Origin: Candidatus Hydrothermarchaeota archaeon
Lineage (GTDB): Archaea > Hydrothermarchaeota > Hydrothermarchaeia > Hydrothermarchaeales > BMS3B
Length of the DNA stretch: 64,000 nt
Direction of reading: 5' to 3'
Assembly: GCA_015521615.1 (NCBI GenBank)
Contig: WANW01000059.1
Coordinates: 802 to 64,801, forward strand
Part shown: positions 8,545 through 21,301 of the stretch, one piece after another
Numbering within the stretch: position 1 is the first letter of the stretch
Layout of the letters: every line of letters starts with the position of its first letter
Translations under genes and position numbers: made by a program
The notes under the pieces: generated by a model
Seen by the model: only the letters and a program-made list of their open reading frames with translations
Database searches by the model: none
Told to the model about the DNA's origin: nothing

Positions 8545-9450
8545 ATGCTAGAGGTTGAGCTCTGTGGAATAAAGCTAAGAAACCCCACCATGCTGGCGAG
8601 CGGCATCTTGGGTACAAGCGGTGCCGCTCTAAAGCGCGTTGCACTGAGTGGAGGGGCAGGTGCAATTGTAACCAAATCTATAGGGCTTACACCGAGGGAG
8701 GGTCACAGAAATCCTACTGTAGTTGAAATAAATGGCGGACTTATAAGTGCAATTGGCCTAGCGAACCCGGGCTATGAGGAGTTTGGTGATGAGATTCGTG
8801 TGGCCAAGGAGGGCGGCGTTCCCGTAATAGGGAGTGTTTATGGGTTCAACTTCGCAGAGTATGCCGCCGTTGCTGAGACGCTGCAGAAGTACGGTGTAGA
8901 TGCAATTGAGCTGAACATCTCTTACCCCAATGTGGGTAAAGCTGGTGCCTTCTTTGGGTACAGCGAGGAACTTAGCCATGAGGTGGTTAAGGAGGTAAAG
9001 AAGCGGGTAAGCTTACCTGTGTTTGCGAAGCTCACTGCGGGCGCGGGGGATATTGTAGCAATAGCCAAAGCGTGCGAAGAAGCTGGTGCAGATGCGATTA
9101 CAGCGATAGGTGCGCTCCGCGCCATGAAGATAGACCTCATCACAGGAAAGCCGGTGCTGGGCAACGAAGTGGGCGGTTTATCAGGGCCGTGTATCAAACC
9201 CATCGCCCTGCGCTGCGTCTATGAGATAGCACGTGAGGTGGATATTCCCGTAATAGGATGCGGTGGTATTACCACAGGGGAGGATGCAGTGGAGTTCTTC
9301 CTGGCGGGCGCGAAGGCAGTACAGATAGGTACAGCGGTGCTATACCGCGGCATAACCGTCTTTAAAAAGGTTTCTCAGGAGATTAAGGAATATCTGGAAG
9401 AGAATGGTTACTGTAGTGTTGATGAGATAGTAGGGCTGGCGCTGAGGTAG
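8545..9450 (+). CDS. pyrD: Dihydroorotate dehydrogenase family 1B-like FMN protein with altered active site
   Basis: LASG, TKS, IGLANPG, GGLSG, GCGGI, QIGTA; but ELNISYPN (catalytic Cys replaced by Tyr). Confidence 0.8.
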   Translation: MLEVELCGIKLRNPTMLASGILGTSGAALKRVALSGGAGAIVTKSIGLTPREGHRNPTVVEINGGLISAIGLANPGYEEFGDEIRVAKEGGVPVIGSVYGFNFAEYAAVAETLQKYGVDAIELNISYPNVGKAGAFFGYSEELSHEVVKEVKKRVSLPVFAKLTAGAGDIVAIAKACEEAGADAITAIGALRAMKIDLITGKPVLGNEVGGLSGPCIKPIALRCVYEIAREVDIPVIGCGGITTGEDAVEFFLAGAKAVQIGTAVLYRGITVFKKVSQEIKEYLEENGYCSVDEIVGLALR

Positions 9451-10253
9451 TGGCAATGCATGAGATGCAGGTTGTAGAGATAAAGAAGATAATAAAGGAA
9501 ACGAAGAGGATAAAGACCTTCATCCTGGATCTGGATGTGAGTGCAATCCCGGGGCAGTTTGTAATGGTCTGGCTCCCGGGAGTGGATGAGAAGCCCATGA
9601 GCGTCTCATATACAAAGGGCGATCTGGGAATAACTGTTCTCCGCCTGGGTGATTTTACGAGGCGGCTATTTGAGCTCAGCCCGGGGGATGTGCTTGGCAT
9701 ACGTGGACCAATGGGCAGGGGCTTTAAGGTATATGGCGATAAACTCCTTCTCGTAGGTGGTGGGGTAGGTGTTGCACCACTTGCCCCGCTAGCCGAAGAG
9801 GCGCTCAGAGATGGGAAGGAGGTCACAGCGATAATCGGGGCGATAACAAAGAGTGAGCTTCTTTTCGTGGATCGCATTGAGCGTGCAGGCGGCAGGGTGC
9901 TTATCTCCACCGACGACGGCAGCGCTGGCAAAAAGGGCTTTACCACCGACGTGCTGCGGGAGCTTCTAGAGGAGGAAACCTTTGACCAGTGCTTTACCTG
10001 CGGCCCCGAGATAATGATGGCAAAGGTGCTGGATATTACCAGGGAGAAGAATATTCCCACTCAGGCCTCGCTCCACCGCTACTTTAAGTGTGGGATAGGC
10101 ATATGCGGACAGTGTGTGCTCGACGGAATAGGACTGCGCGTGTGCAAGGAAGGGCCCACCTTCAGAGATAAAGAACTCAGAAAATCGCCTGAGTTTGGGA
10201 GATACTGGCGCAACGCCGCAGGACAGAAGATATACTTTGGAGGTAAGAAGTAG
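9450..10253 (+). CDS. pyrK: Dihydroorotate dehydrogenase electron-transfer subunit (FAD, [2Fe-2S])
   Basis: PGQFVMVW, RGPMG.GF, GGGVGVAP, CGPE.M, CGIGICGQC..VC.EGP. Confidence 0.9.
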   Translation: MAMHEMQVVEIKKIIKETKRIKTFILDLDVSAIPGQFVMVWLPGVDEKPMSVSYTKGDLGITVLRLGDFTRRLFELSPGDVLGIRGPMGRGFKVYGDKLLLVGGGVGVAPLAPLAEEALRDGKEVTAIIGAITKSELLFVDRIERAGGRVLISTDDGSAGKKGFTTDVLRELLEEETFDQCFTCGPEIMMAKVLDITREKNIPTQASLHRYFKCGIGICGQCVLDGIGLRVCKEGPTFRDKELRKSPEFGRYWRNAAGQKIYFGGKK

Positions 10254-10264
10254 AGGTGAGAAGG

Positions 10265-12068
<1,804 letters not shown>

Positions 12069-12468
12069 TTTCTAAAATTGCAACTAATTTTTCCTCTTTT
12101 TGCAATCATCCAGCTCAAGCAATTTAACAAACAGCAGCAAGGATACCGATGATGGTGAATACTTTTCCTGCACTCGCGAAAGTTTTTTATTTAAGAGCGT
12201 AAATCACTATTTATCACCCGGGGGTTACCTAAAAAGGATACATGCTGTTGCGGAGGTTGACTATGATAGATGCATATATGACAATTTTATAAAAGAGATG
12301 AAATTAGAGTAAATATCCTAAAGAAGATTGTGAATGTTCCATTTTATATTGCTGAGAACAATCGTTATGGAAATAAAACTTATAGTAAGTTTTCAAACAA
12401 TGTCAATATTCAGTAATTACATCTCTTTCAAAAATTAGGCTAAAGATAATTACTGTCAAAATTTTATA

Positions 12469-12551
12469 CGCCGGGGAGGAGATTTGAACTCCTGAGCGCA
12501 GAGCGCACCAGATCTCAAGTCTGGCGCCTTTCCGGGCTAGGCTACCCCGGC
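12469..12551 (-). tRNA. tRNA-Ser(TGA)
   Basis: Reverse complement GCCGGGG..CCAGA-CTTGAGA-TCTGG, variable arm GCGC-TCT-GCGC, T-arm, CCCCGGC-G73. Confidence 0.95.
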
Positions 12552-12592
12552 ATACTCAACGTAATTGTGGTGAATAACAAATGTAAAATAAA

Positions 12593-13588
12593 TTAGGTGG
12601 TCTTTCCCTTCCAGCCTCTCGGATAGGTTCCTGGAGACATGAGCACCCGTGTCGTCTTGACTGCTATTCCTGAGTTTTCTGTTAGTATGGTCTTTGTGTC
12701 AAGCTTTGCCTTGCCGAGTGCTATAAGCTCGCCCTTAAGGGTGAACATCGCCACAAGATCGCCCGGGTTTAGCTCGCTGTCCACCTTAACTATACCGGGT
12801 ATCGCAAGATCTGCGCCGTGGCAGAGCGCATCTACCGCAGAATCGCGCACCACCACCTTAGCGAGGTGCTTCACCGCAAACTCTACAGGCAAAATTGCTT
12901 TGCGCAGAAAGCTCTCATCGCCGTCTTCACGCCAGAAGTGGTAGGCGTCGCAGAGATCATGAAGCGTGACCAGCGTCTCCTCTGTAAAGCTACCGCTCTT
13001 GGTACGGCGAAGCTCCAGCATGTGCGCCCCAACGCCAAGCACCTCACCCATGTCATGGCACAGTTTGCGTATGTATGTGCCCGCCTCACAGCCCACACGG
13101 AAGAGAACATCCCTTGCATCGACCTCCAGAAGCTCCAGGTAGTAAATCTTGCGAGTGCGCAGCTGACGCTTCACTGCGCTCTTTACCGGCGGTCGCTGCA
13201 CTATTGTGCCGGTGAACTCGGTGAAGACCTCTTTAAGGCGGGACTCAGAAACATCACCATGGAGGCGCATCACGCACACGTACTCCTTGCCTGCTGGAAG
13301 AAGCACTTGGAGTATCCTAGTAGACTTCTCGAGACCAATGGGTAAAACCCCGGAAACCTTGGGGTCTAGGGTGCCCCCGTGGCCAGCCTTCTTCACATTG
13401 AGCATCTTCTTAACCCAAGCAACAACCTCATGCGAGGTGGGGCCACGGGGCTTATCCAGATTCACAAACCCGTAGGTTATGTGCTCCTCAATGGTTCTCT
13501 CAGAGGGGCGCTTCCCAAACTTATCGCTGGTCTTCGCCTTAGCGCGAGTTATCAGTTTCCTCTCAATCTCAGAAGGTAGCTTGTTCAT
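12593..13588 (-). CDS. cbf5: H/ACA pseudouridine synthase Cbf5
   Basis: [28 protein letters not shown] domain. Confidence 0.95.
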   Translation of the reverse strand: MNKLPSEIERKLITRAKAKTSDKFGKRPSERTIEEHITYGFVNLDKPRGPTSHEVVAWVKKMLNVKKAGHGGTLDPKVSGVLPIGLEKSTRILQVLLPAGKEYVCVMRLHGDVSESRLKEVFTEFTGTIVQRPPVKSAVKRQLRTRKIYYLELLEVDARDVLFRVGCEAGTYIRKLCHDMGEVLGVGAHMLELRRTKSGSFTEETLVTLHDLCDAYHFWREDGDESFLRKAILPVEFAVKHLAKVVVRDSAVDALCHGADLAIPGIVKVDSELNPGDLVAMFTLKGELIALGKAKLDTKTILTENSGIAVKTTRVLMSPGTYPRGWKGKTT

Positions 13589-13818
13589 GCCTCAATTCCT
13601 GCTTCCTTCAGCGCCTTCTCAATCTCCTCCTTGGAGGCGCCCTTCTTTATATTCAGCACAACATCAAGGGGCTCAAGGTGCTTAACGTTGCACCTTCGAC
13701 GCTTTATCCAGGGCGAGTCCACAAGCACAAAGTTCTTGTCTATCTGCTCGACCACAACAGCCTTCTTACCAGCTTCCCTGCCTGCAAGCTTCACACAAAC
13801 TCTTCCAACTTCAAACAT
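13585..13818 (-). CDS. rpl14e: 50S ribosomal protein L14e
   Basis: [28 protein letters not shown]. Confidence 0.95.
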   Translation of the reverse strand: MFEVGRVCVKLAGREAGKKAVVVEQIDKNFVLVDSPWIKRRRCNVKHLEPLDVVLNIKKGASKEEIEKALKEAGIEA

Positions 13819-13854
13819 GCCAATCACCTCACTTCTTTCCAGAGCCGTCCCTCT

Positions 13855-14427
13855 TCAGTCGCCTTCCGAGCTCATCCCTGCTCTGGAGCTGGTTTTACCC
13901 TTATAATAGGGTGACAATGATATACACAGAGAGATTATCTCAATAACGTCTTCAGCTTCGTAAAGGCTGGTGTTCAGCACAATATCATATGGGGATAAAT
14001 CATGTAGATCAATCCCGTAAATTTCACGGTAACGCTTTGCCTCACTCTTCTCCCGCAGCTTTGTTTCCTTAAGCGCCTGCTCATAGCTTATGCCCTCACG
14101 CTTGGCAACACGCTCCGCCCTGACCTCAAGCGGTGCCTTAAGCCATATCTTGATCTCAGCCTCGGGGAGTAGCCAGGCGGTGAGTCTGCCATCCACGACG
14201 GCATTTCCACGCTTTGCAAGTTCCACCTGGCGTTCATCAACAAGGCGGTCCACCTCGTGGTGCTCCTCCGCATACTTTGAGAACTCCGCCAGTGTCATAC
14301 CTCGCTCCTTTGCAAGTGCCCTGAATACCTCGCCCGCACTGATGTGGCACAACTTGAAGCGTGAAGCTATTGCTCTAGCTACTGTTGTTTTTCCAGAGCC
14401 TATTGGGCCGCTAACGGTTACTATCAT
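13855..14427 (-). CDS. cmk: Cytidylate kinase
   Basis: SGPIGSGKTT, SAGEVFR, RY..IYGID; conserved operon position. Confidence 0.9.
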   Translation of the reverse strand: MIVTVSGPIGSGKTTVARAIASRFKLCHISAGEVFRALAKERGMTLAEFSKYAEEHHEVDRLVDERQVELAKRGNAVVDGRLTAWLLPEAEIKIWLKAPLEVRAERVAKREGISYEQALKETKLREKSEAKRYREIYGIDLHDLSPYDIVLNTSLYEAEDVIEIISLCISLSPYYKGKTSSRAGMSSEGD

Positions 14428-14690
14428 TCTCCTCTCACAAGCCTCTTAATCTCAGCACGCATGCATGCTGAGCATAGATAGCCGCCATAGGGGCGCGAAA
14501 CCCTGCGCTGGGAGCGTGGAAGCTTGCGAATTTCAGAGCTCCTCCCCCGGGCAACACCATGCAGCTCACGCTTGCATATAGCACACTTCGCATAGCCCGG
14601 ACGCTTCTTCCTGAAGTGAATTACCAGCCTTCCTCCAGGTGTTCGCTTTGCAACCCTTTTTACTGAGCGTGATCTTTTGTTTGGCTTCAT
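14424..14690 (-). CDS. rpl34e: 50S ribosomal protein L34e
   Basis: RTPGGR, CAIC, RPYGGYLC..C. Confidence 0.95.
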   Translation of the reverse strand: MKPNKRSRSVKRVAKRTPGGRLVIHFRKKRPGYAKCAICKRELHGVARGRSSEIRKLPRSQRRVSRPYGGYLCSACMRAEIKRLVRGE

Positions 14691-14750
14691 GGCACATCAC
14701 CTATTTTTGAGTTTTTGTGTGTTTGTGATTATATGATATAAATATTGCTG

Positions 14751-15263
14751 CTATGGTCCTTCAATATTCAGAATCTTCTTAAGCAGCGGTGATACCGCAA
14801 AGGAGCTGAGGATATACCAGCCGAACCAACCCAGGGTATTACCATACTTGGGTAGCTCAAAGGGTAGCGTAACGACTGTTACATCTGGTGGAACAGTATA
14901 CCTGAGCCAGGAGAAGACGAGGAAGATGGGTATCATGGTATACAGCATTGGCTTGAAGGCATTCCCCATCATTTCCCTCTGCACCGCCATCATCTCCTTG
15001 TTAATCTTTGCCATCTCCTTGGTATTCCCCGCCTTCTGCGCTTTCTTCAGCTTTTCCTGCAGCACCTTCATCTTTTCTTTTACTTTCCGCATCTTGCGCT
15101 GGTCCACAACACGCGCTGTAACTACGGTGATGAACAGGGATATCAATGTGGAGATTATGAAAATACCCAGCATATAGCCGGTGCTCTCGCTGGATGTGAG
15201 ATGAAAGAGTAACCCTAGCGTTGAGTCCATAACCGCATACACTGGCTCAAGAAGCGCTGGCAT
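14751..15263 (-). CDS. DUF106 / EMC3-TMCO1 (Oxa1 superfamily) membrane protein
   Basis: TM, coiled coil, KPML.TMIP, GWFGWYIL.S; conserved position after adk. Confidence 0.85.
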   Translation of the reverse strand: MPALLEPVYAVMDSTLGLLFHLTSSESTGYMLGIFIISTLISLFITVVTARVVDQRKMRKVKEKMKVLQEKLKKAQKAGNTKEMAKINKEMMAVQREMMGNAFKPMLYTMIPIFLVFSWLRYTVPPDVTVVTLPFELPKYGNTLGWFGWYILSSFAVSPLLKKILNIEGP

Positions 15264-15264
15264 C

Positions 15265-15825
15265 TTACATCGCCTTCACAAGCTGATCAACCGCCTCTTC
15301 AAGGCGATTGTCGTGATTCTCCACAATGATTACAGTAGCGCCCGTAAACATGGCATATGCCATGGCCGCTGCGCGGTTCATCTCCTGATGAAGTGCTATC
15401 TCCTCCACACTATCTTCGTCCCTCACCCGCGTGGCATCGCTGGTTCGGCGCCTCTGAATCTCCTCGGGCTCTGCTTCAACAAGCACTATCTGCGTGGGCT
15501 TGAGTTCCTCCAGCACCCAGCGTGGCAAACCCGGCAGGAAACCCGCAGGAGTTTTAACAGTGCAGTGAGTGTCCACAATAACATTGGCAACTTCTGCTCG
15601 CTTTGCTATGGCCATCGCTGCAAGCTTCTGTATGCGCTTCTGCACCTCCGGCGGAAGCTTTCGCATTTCATCACGGTTCTCGACAAGCTTCTCCTCGCTT
15701 GCAACTTCGAACATCTTGTCCCCAAAATTTATTATCTCAAACTCCTCTTCCAGCTTCTCCAGCGCTGAGTTCAGCACTGTTGTTTTTCCTACACCGGGTA
15801 TGCCTGTAACAACAACACACTTCAT
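15265..15825 (-). CDS. adkA: Archaeal adenylate kinase
   Basis: GIPGVGKTT, RDEMRKL, DTH, GFLPGLP. Confidence 0.95.
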   Translation of the reverse strand: MKCVVVTGIPGVGKTTVLNSALEKLEEEFEIINFGDKMFEVASEEKLVENRDEMRKLPPEVQKRIQKLAAMAIAKRAEVANVIVDTHCTVKTPAGFLPGLPRWVLEELKPTQIVLVEAEPEEIQRRRTSDATRVRDEDSVEEIALHQEMNRAAAMAYAMFTGATVIIVENHDNRLEEAVDQLVKAM

Positions 15826-15836
15826 TACTCAACCTC

Positions 15837-17216
15837 CTAGAACAGGTCGCCAACCACTTTACGAAGCATTGGGTGGATCTCCATTATCTGCTGCTTGGCG
15901 ATTTCCTCATACAGGCGATACAGAATGCCAACTGTGAGAAGAACACCTGTGCCTCCGCCCAGTGCCCCGGTAAGGTCACCAAATGCTGCGAGCGCACCCA
16001 CGGCAGCGCCTCCGAGCACGGTTACAGCCGGGATATAGCGCTGAAGCACGCGCTCAATTATGCGTATATCCCCACGGAAGCCAGGGATCTTCATTCCTCC
16101 CTGCTGAAGCTGCCTGGCTACCGTCTTGGCATCCATGCCTGCAGTCTCAACCCAGAATATAGAGAAGAGTATTGAGAGGGAGATGAGCAGTATGGCAAAT
16201 ATAACAGCATGCACCGGGTCAAAGTCTGCCCTGTAAATTGGTGTGGGAAATGTGAAGTACTTTACTATACCCGTTGCAGCCCCCGTGGCCTGGTCTATAG
16301 TACCAAGGATAGGATAACCGATGTTCTGCAGCACCGTCGCCCATAGCTGGACGTTTGCCATCAATATGCTGGCGAAGATTACAGGAATATTACTGGCATA
16401 TATGAACTTTATGGGGTACCTGCCACGAGCGCCACGGAACCTGCCGTAGGTTAGGGGAATCTCAACGCGCATGCTCTCAAAGTAGACCACCACGGCAAAC
16501 ACAACAAAGGTGCCCAGCAGTGGGATGAGGGAGTAGAAGTCTGGATAGCCTTTAAAGAGGGTGTAAAAGAACTTTGGGATTATACCAGCAGGTGCCCCGC
16601 CTGTAAAAAAGGGATTAAAGCTCCGCCAGGCTATCTGCTCACACACACCCGCGACGATAAACAGCCCTATTCCAGAGCCAAAACCCCAGCGCGAGACAAC
16701 CTCATCCATGTATATTAGCAGCGCACCTGCAACAAAAAGCTGGGCGATTATAAGAAACTGATAGAACGGGTCGTTACCCTGCGCTGGGAGCGCACCCATA
16801 AGCACCATTACTGTAGCCTCAAAGAGTGTGAAGAAGAGGGACAGAAGCTTCTGTGTACCCATGTAAATTGCCTTATCTCTGGGCTGACTCAGGTCCAGGT
16901 CAATCAGCTTTCCACCCACAAGAATCTGAAGAATTATAGAACCGGTTACTATGGGGCCAATACCGAGAGTCATCAACGTACCAAACTTGCTCGCCATTAT
17001 GGTTTGAAGATTTGCAAAATAATTCACCGCCCGATCGTGATCCAGACCATAAAGCATGGTATTTGCTAGCAGGAGGTACACTATAAGTACAAGAACCACC
17101 CATTTGAGGCGGTCCTTAAAGCTGAGTATTACCCGAGGACGTTCCACCTCAGGCAGACTCGTAAGAATGCCTTCAAATTGGTGCAGAATGCCCATTACGG
17201 CTTCACTCTCCGTCAC
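15837..17216 (-). CDS. secY: Preprotein translocase SecY
   Basis: LGIGPIVT, GSGIGLFI, YPIKFIYASNIP, IPGFR. Confidence 0.97.
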   Translation of the reverse strand: MTESEAVMGILHQFEGILTSLPEVERPRVILSFKDRLKWVVLVLIVYLLLANTMLYGLDHDRAVNYFANLQTIMASKFGTLMTLGIGPIVTGSIILQILVGGKLIDLDLSQPRDKAIYMGTQKLLSLFFTLFEATVMVLMGALPAQGNDPFYQFLIIAQLFVAGALLIYMDEVVSRWGFGSGIGLFIVAGVCEQIAWRSFNPFFTGGAPAGIIPKFFYTLFKGYPDFYSLIPLLGTFVVFAVVVYFESMRVEIPLTYGRFRGARGRYPIKFIYASNIPVIFASILMANVQLWATVLQNIGYPILGTIDQATGAATGIVKYFTFPTPIYRADFDPVHAVIFAILLISLSILFSIFWVETAGMDAKTVARQLQQGGMKIPGFRGDIRIIERVLQRYIPAVTVLGGAAVGALAAFGDLTGALGGGTGVLLTVGILYRLYEEIAKQQIMEIHPMLRKVVGDLF

Positions 17217-17677
17217 GCCGGGGGAGTATCCTCCCGGGTAACCAGCTCTATTGCCTCGCCACCTGCCTCAGTTATCTTCTCTACAGCACGCGAAGAAAAC
17301 CTTCTCGCTCTGACGACAAGCGCATGGGTAACTTTGCCTGTGCCTAACACCTTCTCCACACCTAGCTTTGTAACATCGATCTCTATCTTACCGTCCACCT
17401 CTTTCGCTATGCCCCTAGCTACAAGCTCCTCGGCAATCTCGTCCAGCTCGCCCACATTTATTGTCTCGTAGATATCCTTAACTTCCTCAGGCACGTCAAA
17501 GCCCCTGCGCCCGAAGTAGTCCGGGGCATACTTGATGACCCATGTCCACTTGCCCTTATGCGTGCCCGCCATTCCTGTACCACCGCGGTTGCCCGAGCCT
17601 CTAGCTTTTTTGTGCGAGCCTCTTCCCACGGTGCGTGAGCCCCGCTTCTTGCGTATCTTCCTGTTTTTCAGCGCCAT
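17213..17677 (-). CDS. rpl15: 50S ribosomal protein uL15
   Basis: RGSRT.GRG, GNRGG.G.AG, KVLG.G. Confidence 0.95.
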   Translation of the reverse strand: MALKNRKIRKKRGSRTVGRGSHKKARGSGNRGGTGMAGTHKGKWTWVIKYAPDYFGRRGFDVPEEVKDIYETINVGELDEIAEELVARGIAKEVDGKIEIDVTKLGVEKVLGTGKVTHALVVRARRFSSRAVEKITEAGGEAIELVTREDTPPA

Positions 17678-18144
17678 TAGCGCATCCTCCTCAGGAGTTC
17701 CCTCATTGCCTCGCCTCTATAGCCAAGAGCTCCGCCCTCAACAAAGCTGCGCTTTATCCCGCGGTAACCCTTTCGCGGAGGGTGAAGGCGGAACACCGGC
17801 TTCAGCTGAGGTATGTCACTCAGCTCAGCCTTGAACTCGACAAAGGCCTTGGCAAAGTCATCTATACTCTTAAATTTGGTGTGCTCCTTCACGTAAGCAT
17901 CGGTGAGCCTCTTACCACCCACAAGCTCGCCCCTGTTGCGGAGTATGAGTGCCACTTCCTCAGGGGTGACCTCACCCCAGGTTATGTAATCCTTTGCCTT
18001 CTGGAGCATGCCCTTAAACGTGGGACGATCGTCTATGAATACACAGTGATTTACGCGAGTAAGTCTTAGCATTCTGAGAGTATCCTCAACCTCCCGGGGC
18101 ACACCGACCTTGCCCCGAACCCTGACCACAGCCAGGCGCTGCAT
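17677..18144 (-). CDS. rpl30: 50S ribosomal protein uL30
   Basis: AVVRVRG, FRLHPPRKG, GALGYRG. Confidence 0.95.
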   Translation of the reverse strand: MQRLAVVRVRGKVGVPREVEDTLRMLRLTRVNHCVFIDDRPTFKGMLQKAKDYITWGEVTPEEVALILRNRGELVGGKRLTDAYVKEHTKFKSIDDFAKAFVEFKAELSDIPQLKPVFRLHPPRKGYRGIKRSFVEGGALGYRGEAMRELLRRMR

Positions 18145-18798
18145 TTACTCCACCACCTCACCTTCAACCAGGCTCACTGCTCTGGCTTCGCTCTCTGTAA
18201 GCTTCATGCGCGTGGTATTGCGGAGTGCCTCATAGGTTGCCTTGGCGGTATTTATCGTCGTGCGAGTCTGCCCGAAGGTCTTGCTCCACACATCTGTAAT
18301 ACCTGCCAGGGTGAGGATTTTCTTGCTCACCGCGTTGGTCACCAGGCCGACGCCACGGGGCGCTGGTAAGAGGGTAACACGCACACTGCCCGCTCTACCG
18401 GTAACCGCAAAGGGCACGCTATGCGAAGTTCCACAGCCGCACTCCCAGCTTCCACATCCTCTCGCTACCTGGATTAGATTTAGCTTGGCATCGCGAATAG
18501 CCTTGCGTATCGCAGGTCCAACCTCCTTGGCAACGCCCTTACCAAGACCAACGTAGCCATTCTTGTTGCCCACAGCCACAGTTGCGCGGAAGCGGACTCT
18601 TCTTCCAGACTTGTGCATTCGCTGCACTATGTTTATGTCAAGAACCTCTTCGGTGATGTCAGGTAGAAGAACATCTACAATCTCGGGCTCCATTATCGGC
18701 AGACCCAGCTTGAATATCTCACCTATCTTGGTGATCTCTCCATTCTTAACCATTGCGCCTATGCGCGTTTTTGGTTCCCACTCAATCTCTTCTGGCAT
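18145..18798 (-). CDS. rps5: 30S ribosomal protein uS5
   Basis: [21 protein letters not shown]. Confidence 0.97.
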   Translation of the reverse strand: MPEEIEWEPKTRIGAMVKNGEITKIGEIFKLGLPIMEPEIVDVLLPDITEEVLDINIVQRMHKSGRRVRFRATVAVGNKNGYVGLGKGVAKEVGPAIRKAIRDAKLNLIQVARGCGSWECGCGTSHSVPFAVTGRAGSVRVTLLPAPRGVGLVTNAVSKKILTLAGITDVWSKTFGQTRTTINTAKATYEALRNTTRMKLTESEARAVSLVEGEVVE

Positions 18799-18801
18799 GC
18801 T

Positions 18802-19374
18802 TCACGCACCTCTTATCTTTGCAAGAACCTCATCGAAGTGCTCGGGCAGCGCTTCAGGGTCAAGACCGCGCTTGAGATAATCACTAAAGCGTGTCTTCTT
18901 CTCCTCGCCAAGCAGTTTTGCATAGCTTGCGATGTGCTCCCCGCGTATGCGCTCCATGCTGGGAAATACCTCCTCATTGGCGGGTATCTCCACGCCTGCG
19001 TCGATTATACCCTTAAGCGCTGCAAAGGCTTTGCCACCTGCAATTGGGCGGAGAAGCCCCAGATCAAGCACCGCCTCGGTGATACCTTTATCAAGGGCGC
19101 GCTTTCCCAGGAGATAGCCTACAAGGTAAGCTGCACATAGGTTAGAGGTGCCACCCTTCCAGCCAAACTTCACCAGCTCTTTGGAGTGAGCTGACACACG
19201 TGTTATATCGCCTTCTGGTGAGTACTCAACCATCTGCGCTATCACATGCTTATTTGTAAACCTGAGCACAGCACGGGGCTTGCCTGAAAGCAGAAGCTTT
19301 AACCTGCGCCTATAGTCAGTTTTGCCTTCCCTTCTTCTCCTGAAGGGCACTCGATATCTCGCACCAGTTGCCAT
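18802..19374 (-). CDS. rpl18: 50S ribosomal protein uL18
   Basis: [17 protein letters not shown]. Confidence 0.97.
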   Translation of the reverse strand: MATGARYRVPFRRRREGKTDYRRRLKLLLSGKPRAVLRFTNKHVIAQMVEYSPEGDITRVSAHSKELVKFGWKGGTSNLCAAYLVGYLLGKRALDKGITEAVLDLGLLRPIAGGKAFAALKGIIDAGVEIPANEEVFPSMERIRGEHIASYAKLLGEEKKTRFSDYLKRGLDPEALPEHFDEVLAKIRGA

Positions 19375-19381
19375 GAAACAA

Positions 19382-19831
19382 TCACCTCTCAGTAAGATTA
19401 TGCTCCGCTATGTAGCTTCGAAGGTGTGCTCTGCTTCTAAACGCTCCGCCTTTTGCCATGCGGTAGAGCTTGCGGTAGTTGCTCCTGCTGAGCTCGCCAC
19501 TGTCGCGCAGCTCACGCAGCATTTTGCGCAGGGCACGAATCGTCGACATCCACCGCTCCTTCTTTGCATAACGTGCATACTTTGCACCCTTTCTGCTCCC
19601 ATGTCCGCGCCTGCGACCCTTCTTCTTCTGCAGCGCCAGCTTCTTTCTGCGGTAGCCGCTTATTCCGCGTTTCTGTTTTGCACGTATTACTCCTTCTTTG
19701 ATGAGTCTCCTAACATCGTCGCGGGTAACCGCTTCGCCAACCTCATCGGTGGCCTCAGGGTCTATCCATATCCTGTTTTCTCCTGCCTTAAGCAGTGCTG
19801 CAGCCAACCTTCGCTGTGTGCGTAGCGTCAT
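19382..19831 (-). CDS. rpl19e: 50S ribosomal protein L19e
   Basis: [23 protein letters not shown]; ATG 19831. Confidence 0.95.
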   Translation of the reverse strand: MTLRTQRRLAAALLKAGENRIWIDPEATDEVGEAVTRDDVRRLIKEGVIRAKQKRGISGYRRKKLALQKKKGRRRGHGSRKGAKYARYAKKERWMSTIRALRKMLRELRDSGELSRSNYRKLYRMAKGGAFRSRAHLRSYIAEHNLTER

Positions 19832-19835
19832 GATC

Positions 19836-20189
19836 TTAAGCCTCCGCAGGTGGATTAAGGACCTTGATATCCAGCTCCTTCGCCCTTTCAACAATCTGGA
19901 GACGCTTCTTTTTCCCAACTCCAGCGGCGATACGCACCGCTTCTACGCTTGGATCTACATTCTCAAGCTCTTTCACATTGTGCACCAGGACCTCACGATA
20001 GCCAGAAGGGTGGAGTCCACGGAGAGATGCATCATTACCATAACCTATACTTGGCGAAAGGAACTTACCCTTCTTGTGCAACCTCGTCTTGTTGTGTCTT
20101 CCACGGGGCCTTCGCCAGGAGCTTCTCCTGAGCTTTTTGTGGCGATGATAATCCACTCGCTTAAAATCTGGCTTTTTCTTTGTCCTCAT
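19836..20189 (-). CDS. rpl32e: 50S ribosomal protein L32e
   Basis: WRRPRG, GYG, RGLHPSG. Confidence 0.95.
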   Translation of the reverse strand: MRTKKKPDFKRVDYHRHKKLRRSSWRRPRGRHNKTRLHKKGKFLSPSIGYGNDASLRGLHPSGYREVLVHNVKELENVDPSVEAVRIAAGVGKKKRLQIVERAKELDIKVLNPPAEA

Positions 20190-20198
20190 CAGCACCAC

Positions 20199-20744
20199 CT
20201 ACACGGGTACGCCATCTCGCTCAACGAGATAAATCCCATCCTGAAACACTCTAGGATCACGATTCCTCACGCGGGTTAGCTGTTCTATTCTTGCGACCGT
20301 CTGTCCCACTTCCTCTTTATTGATTCCCTCGACGGTTATCTCCTGACCTGAAACCTTAACAACACAGTTGCCGAATATCTCCGTCTTCCTGGGGACCTTC
20401 TCTCCCAAGAAGTTCTCAACTATCACCTCTCTACCCTGAACCTTAACGGTTATGGGGAAATGAGAATAGACCACCTTCATCTTGTATGTAAAGCCCTGAG
20501 TAACACCCTTAATCATGTTGCGGATGTGGGCGGCATATGTGCCAATCATGGCACGCTGCCTCTTCTTCGGGAAACTCGCCTCTATGATTACCCTGTTGTC
20601 GACCTTGTAGAGCCTTATCCCCGGATATGTGAGACGCTTCTGAAGCTCACCCTTCGGGCCACGCACCACTACTGTATCTCCCTGCAGCTCTACATTCACG
20701 CCTTCAGGAATTTCCACTTCTTCTCTGAGCAGCGGTATTGCCAT
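20199..20744 (-). CDS. rpl6: 50S ribosomal protein uL6
   Basis: [23 protein letters not shown]. Confidence 0.95.
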   Translation of the reverse strand: MAIPLLREEVEIPEGVNVELQGDTVVVRGPKGELQKRLTYPGIRLYKVDNRVIIEASFPKKRQRAMIGTYAAHIRNMIKGVTQGFTYKMKVVYSHFPITVKVQGREVIVENFLGEKVPRKTEIFGNCVVKVSGQEITVEGINKEEVGQTVARIEQLTRVRNRDPRVFQDGIYLVERDGVPV

Positions 20745-20754
20745 GAGCATCACC

Positions 20755-21144
20755 TCAGTAAACATAGGCGAGAAGTCTGCCGCCTATTCCACGCTCCTTG
20801 GCTTCGTAATGACTCATCACTCCCTGAGAGGTGGAGATTATGATGACACCAAAGCCGCTCGCGGGCAAAAAGCGCTTCTCATACTTCTCAATATTATCCT
20901 TGCCAACAGCATAGCGCGGACGAATAACACCACAGTCGTTTATCTTACCGGTAAGTTTCACCTTAAACAGCCCTGCTCTGCCATCATCGACGAACTCATA
21001 CTCCTTAACATAGCCATGCTCCTGCATAACCCTGAGCACCTGCGCTATTATCTTGGACGCCGGCTTAATTACGCACTCAAGCTTGCCATTGTACTCACTG
21101 TTCTTTATTGTTGATAGGGCATCTGCCAGTGTATCAAAGCGCAT
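20755..21144 (-). CDS. rps8: 30S ribosomal protein uS8
   Basis: [25 protein letters not shown]. Confidence 0.95.
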   Translation of the reverse strand: MRFDTLADALSTIKNSEYNGKLECVIKPASKIIAQVLRVMQEHGYVKEYEFVDDGRAGLFKVKLTGKINDCGVIRPRYAVGKDNIEKYEKRFLPASGFGVIIISTSQGVMSHYEAKERGIGGRLLAYVY

Positions 21145-21155
21145 CGTCACCACTC

Positions 21156-21299
21156 CTATTCGTACTTTTTAAATCCTATCTCCGGGGCAACCTCGCGGAA
21201 GCAGTGTCTGCATATGTAAAGCCCGTACCTTCTTATCACGGGCCCATGAGAACCACACCTTCTGCACTTCCTCGCTCCTTTTCCTATCTTCTTCGCCAC
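21156..21299 (-). CDS. rps14: 30S ribosomal protein uS14 (Zn-binding, 47 aa; below the ORF-track length cutoff)
   Basis: Manual translation [47 protein letters not shown], between L5 and S8. Confidence 0.95.
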   Translation of the reverse strand: MAKKIGKGARKCRRCGSHGPVIRRYGLYICRHCFREVAPEIGFKKYE

Positions 21300-21301
21300 G
21301 G

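Noticed and set aside
12100-12312. 70-aa ORF in the AT-rich gap, with ferredoxin-like VDYDRCI
   Set aside because: No SD and no complete Cys motif; probably spurious or an unrecognisable remnant
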